From the NCBI GenBank assembly GCA_039798005.1, contig JBDKGV010000001.1, positions 1 through 55,515 of the forward strand: a DNA stretch of 55,515 nt. The letters are read 5' to 3'. Source of the DNA: Fibrobacterota bacterium (GTDB lineage: Bacteria > Fibrobacterota > Fibrobacteria > UBA5070). Below, piece by piece: positions 54,686-55,515 of the stretch (the stretch's first letter is position 1; each line of letters begins with the position of its first letter). The translations under genes were made by a program, and so were the position numbers. Under the pieces are notes generated by a model that saw nothing but the letters and a program-made list of their open reading frames with translations, was not told the origin of the DNA and did not search any database.

Positions 54686-55515
54686 TCAGCGCAGGCCCAC
54701 CTCCACCTTGCGGGTGACCGTGCCCTGCCGGGTCGCCTGCCGCGCGAGGTAGATGCCAGGACGCCCGGCCATCCTGCTGACAGCCATTTGCAGGCCCAAG
54801 TCGTCCTCTGTCGACACCTCACCGATCCGGTTCCCCTGCAGGTCGTAGATCTGATGGACGACCCTCTCGCGGCTCGCGGACGCCGCGATGCTCACGGTGC
54901 CGCTCTTGACCGTGATCGTCACCGAGTCCTGTGCCGTATTCCCGTCGTTGTCGGTGGCGACGGCCTTGAGCACGTGCGTCCCGACGGTCGCATCGGTCCA
55001 TTCCCATGTGTATGGCGCACTCCATTCCGAATGGATCAGAGTGGCACCATCGTAGAAGTCGATGTGCGACACGTTTCCATCCGCATCGCTTGCGATCACG
55101 TCCACCACAACGGCGGTGCCAGTCGAGTAGTTTCCGGCCGGCAACGGCATCGTGAGTTTCACTTTCGGGGCGCTCGCAGGAACCAAGACGTCCGCGGTCA
55201 GGACGAAGTTGTCGAGGATCAGGCCGTTGGCGCCCGCCGCATTGGCCTTGTACATCACCACGTTCTTGCCCGCCGCAAGCGTCACGAGTTGGGTGTTCAT
55301 TGTCCAGTCGCTGTCGGTGGCGGTCTTGGCGAAGGTCGGGGTGGCGACCTTCGTGCCGTTGACGTGGAGATCGACCGTAGACACGCTCCCGGCGGCGGAG
55401 GAATACCGGGTGACCAGCTTGTAGGTGCCCGCAGAGGAGACCAGCACGGTGTCGCGGGCGGCCGCGGCGGCGTTGGTCCCGAACTTCAGGTATCCCAGCC
55501 CCTGGTACTTCCGGA
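54686..55515 (-). CDS. Secreted CBM6/35-like plus Ig-like domain protein with a T9SS-type C-terminal sorting domain; N-terminus lies beyond the window
   Basis: The frame is open to the window edge. CBM-like AGTYKLVTRYSS…VDLHVNG…LILDNFVLTA. Ig-like VIASDADGNVSHIDFYDGATLI…YTWEWTDATVGTHVLKAVATDNDGN. C-terminal tail IYDLQGNRIGEV…GIYLARQATRQGTVTRKVEV. Confidence 0.7.
   Translation of the reverse strand, partial: RKYQGLGYLKFGTNAAAAARDTVLVSSAGTYKLVTRYSSAAGSVSTVDLHVNGTKVATPTFAKTATDSDWTMNTQLVTLAAGKNVVMYKANAAGANGLILDNFVLTADVLVPASAPKVKLTMPLPAGNYSTGTAVVVDVIASDADGNVSHIDFYDGATLIHSEWSAPYTWEWTDATVGTHVLKAVATDNDGNTAQDSVTITVKSGTVSIAASASRERVVHQIYDLQGNRIGEVSTEDDLGLQMAVSRMAGRPGIYLARQATRQGTVTRKVEVGLR

Noticed and set aside
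1-55515. Search for tRNA or rRNA genes, integrases or transposases, toxin-antitoxin pairs, restriction-modification or other recognisable defence genes, and prophage blocks.
   Set aside because: - No T-loop or anticodon-arm-like sequences were seen.
- No ORF carried recombinase, nuclease, toxin or capsid-type motifs.
- The only repeats found are the short non-coding R1 and R2 families.

Overview
GC-rich bacterial chromosomal segment with about 45 protein-coding genes. I found no rRNA, tRNA, CRISPR array, transposase or integrase.

**Gene content**
- Housekeeping genes: class II ribonucleotide reductase, purT, pyrC, tmk, rpoN, a biotin-dependent carboxyltransferase set, and cysA/sbp.
- Many secreted polysaccharide-active proteins: a GH74-like beta-propeller, a GH44-like hydrolase, a pectate-lyase-like beta-helix and CBM-bearing proteins. 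All end in a similar T9SS-type C-terminal sorting domain.
- A TIGR02147-like gene and a FISUMP-type domain also occur. Together with the sorting domains they suggest an FCB-group, Fibrobacterota-like polysaccharide degrader. This is inference only.

**Most unusual items**
1. A tightly overlapping 8-gene envelope operon on the minus strand (24794-32123). It encodes a membrane-tethered XRE regulator, a POTRA outer-membrane protein, two paralogous helical proteins, a MacB/LolCDE-type ABC ATPase and permease, a LolA-like protein and a second beta-barrel.
2. An AT-cored palindrome, GAC-N7-GTC (about GACARAAWYYGTC). It is embedded in coding sequence in several reading frames, strongly concentrated on that operon, and also present in its divergent promoter region.
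3. A CBM3-collagen-FISUMP fusion protein encoded divergently from the operon.
4. Two families of dispersed intergenic repeats. One is about 200 nt long and carries three hairpins that show compensatory substitutions between copies.
5. Two tandem cassettes, each with a sigma54-type promoter, a tiny lipoprotein gene and a UUCG terminator. rpoN and an FHA-GAF sigma54 activator lie in the same window.

**Limits**
All calls come from reading the ORF translations and the nucleotide sequence by eye. No database search was run.
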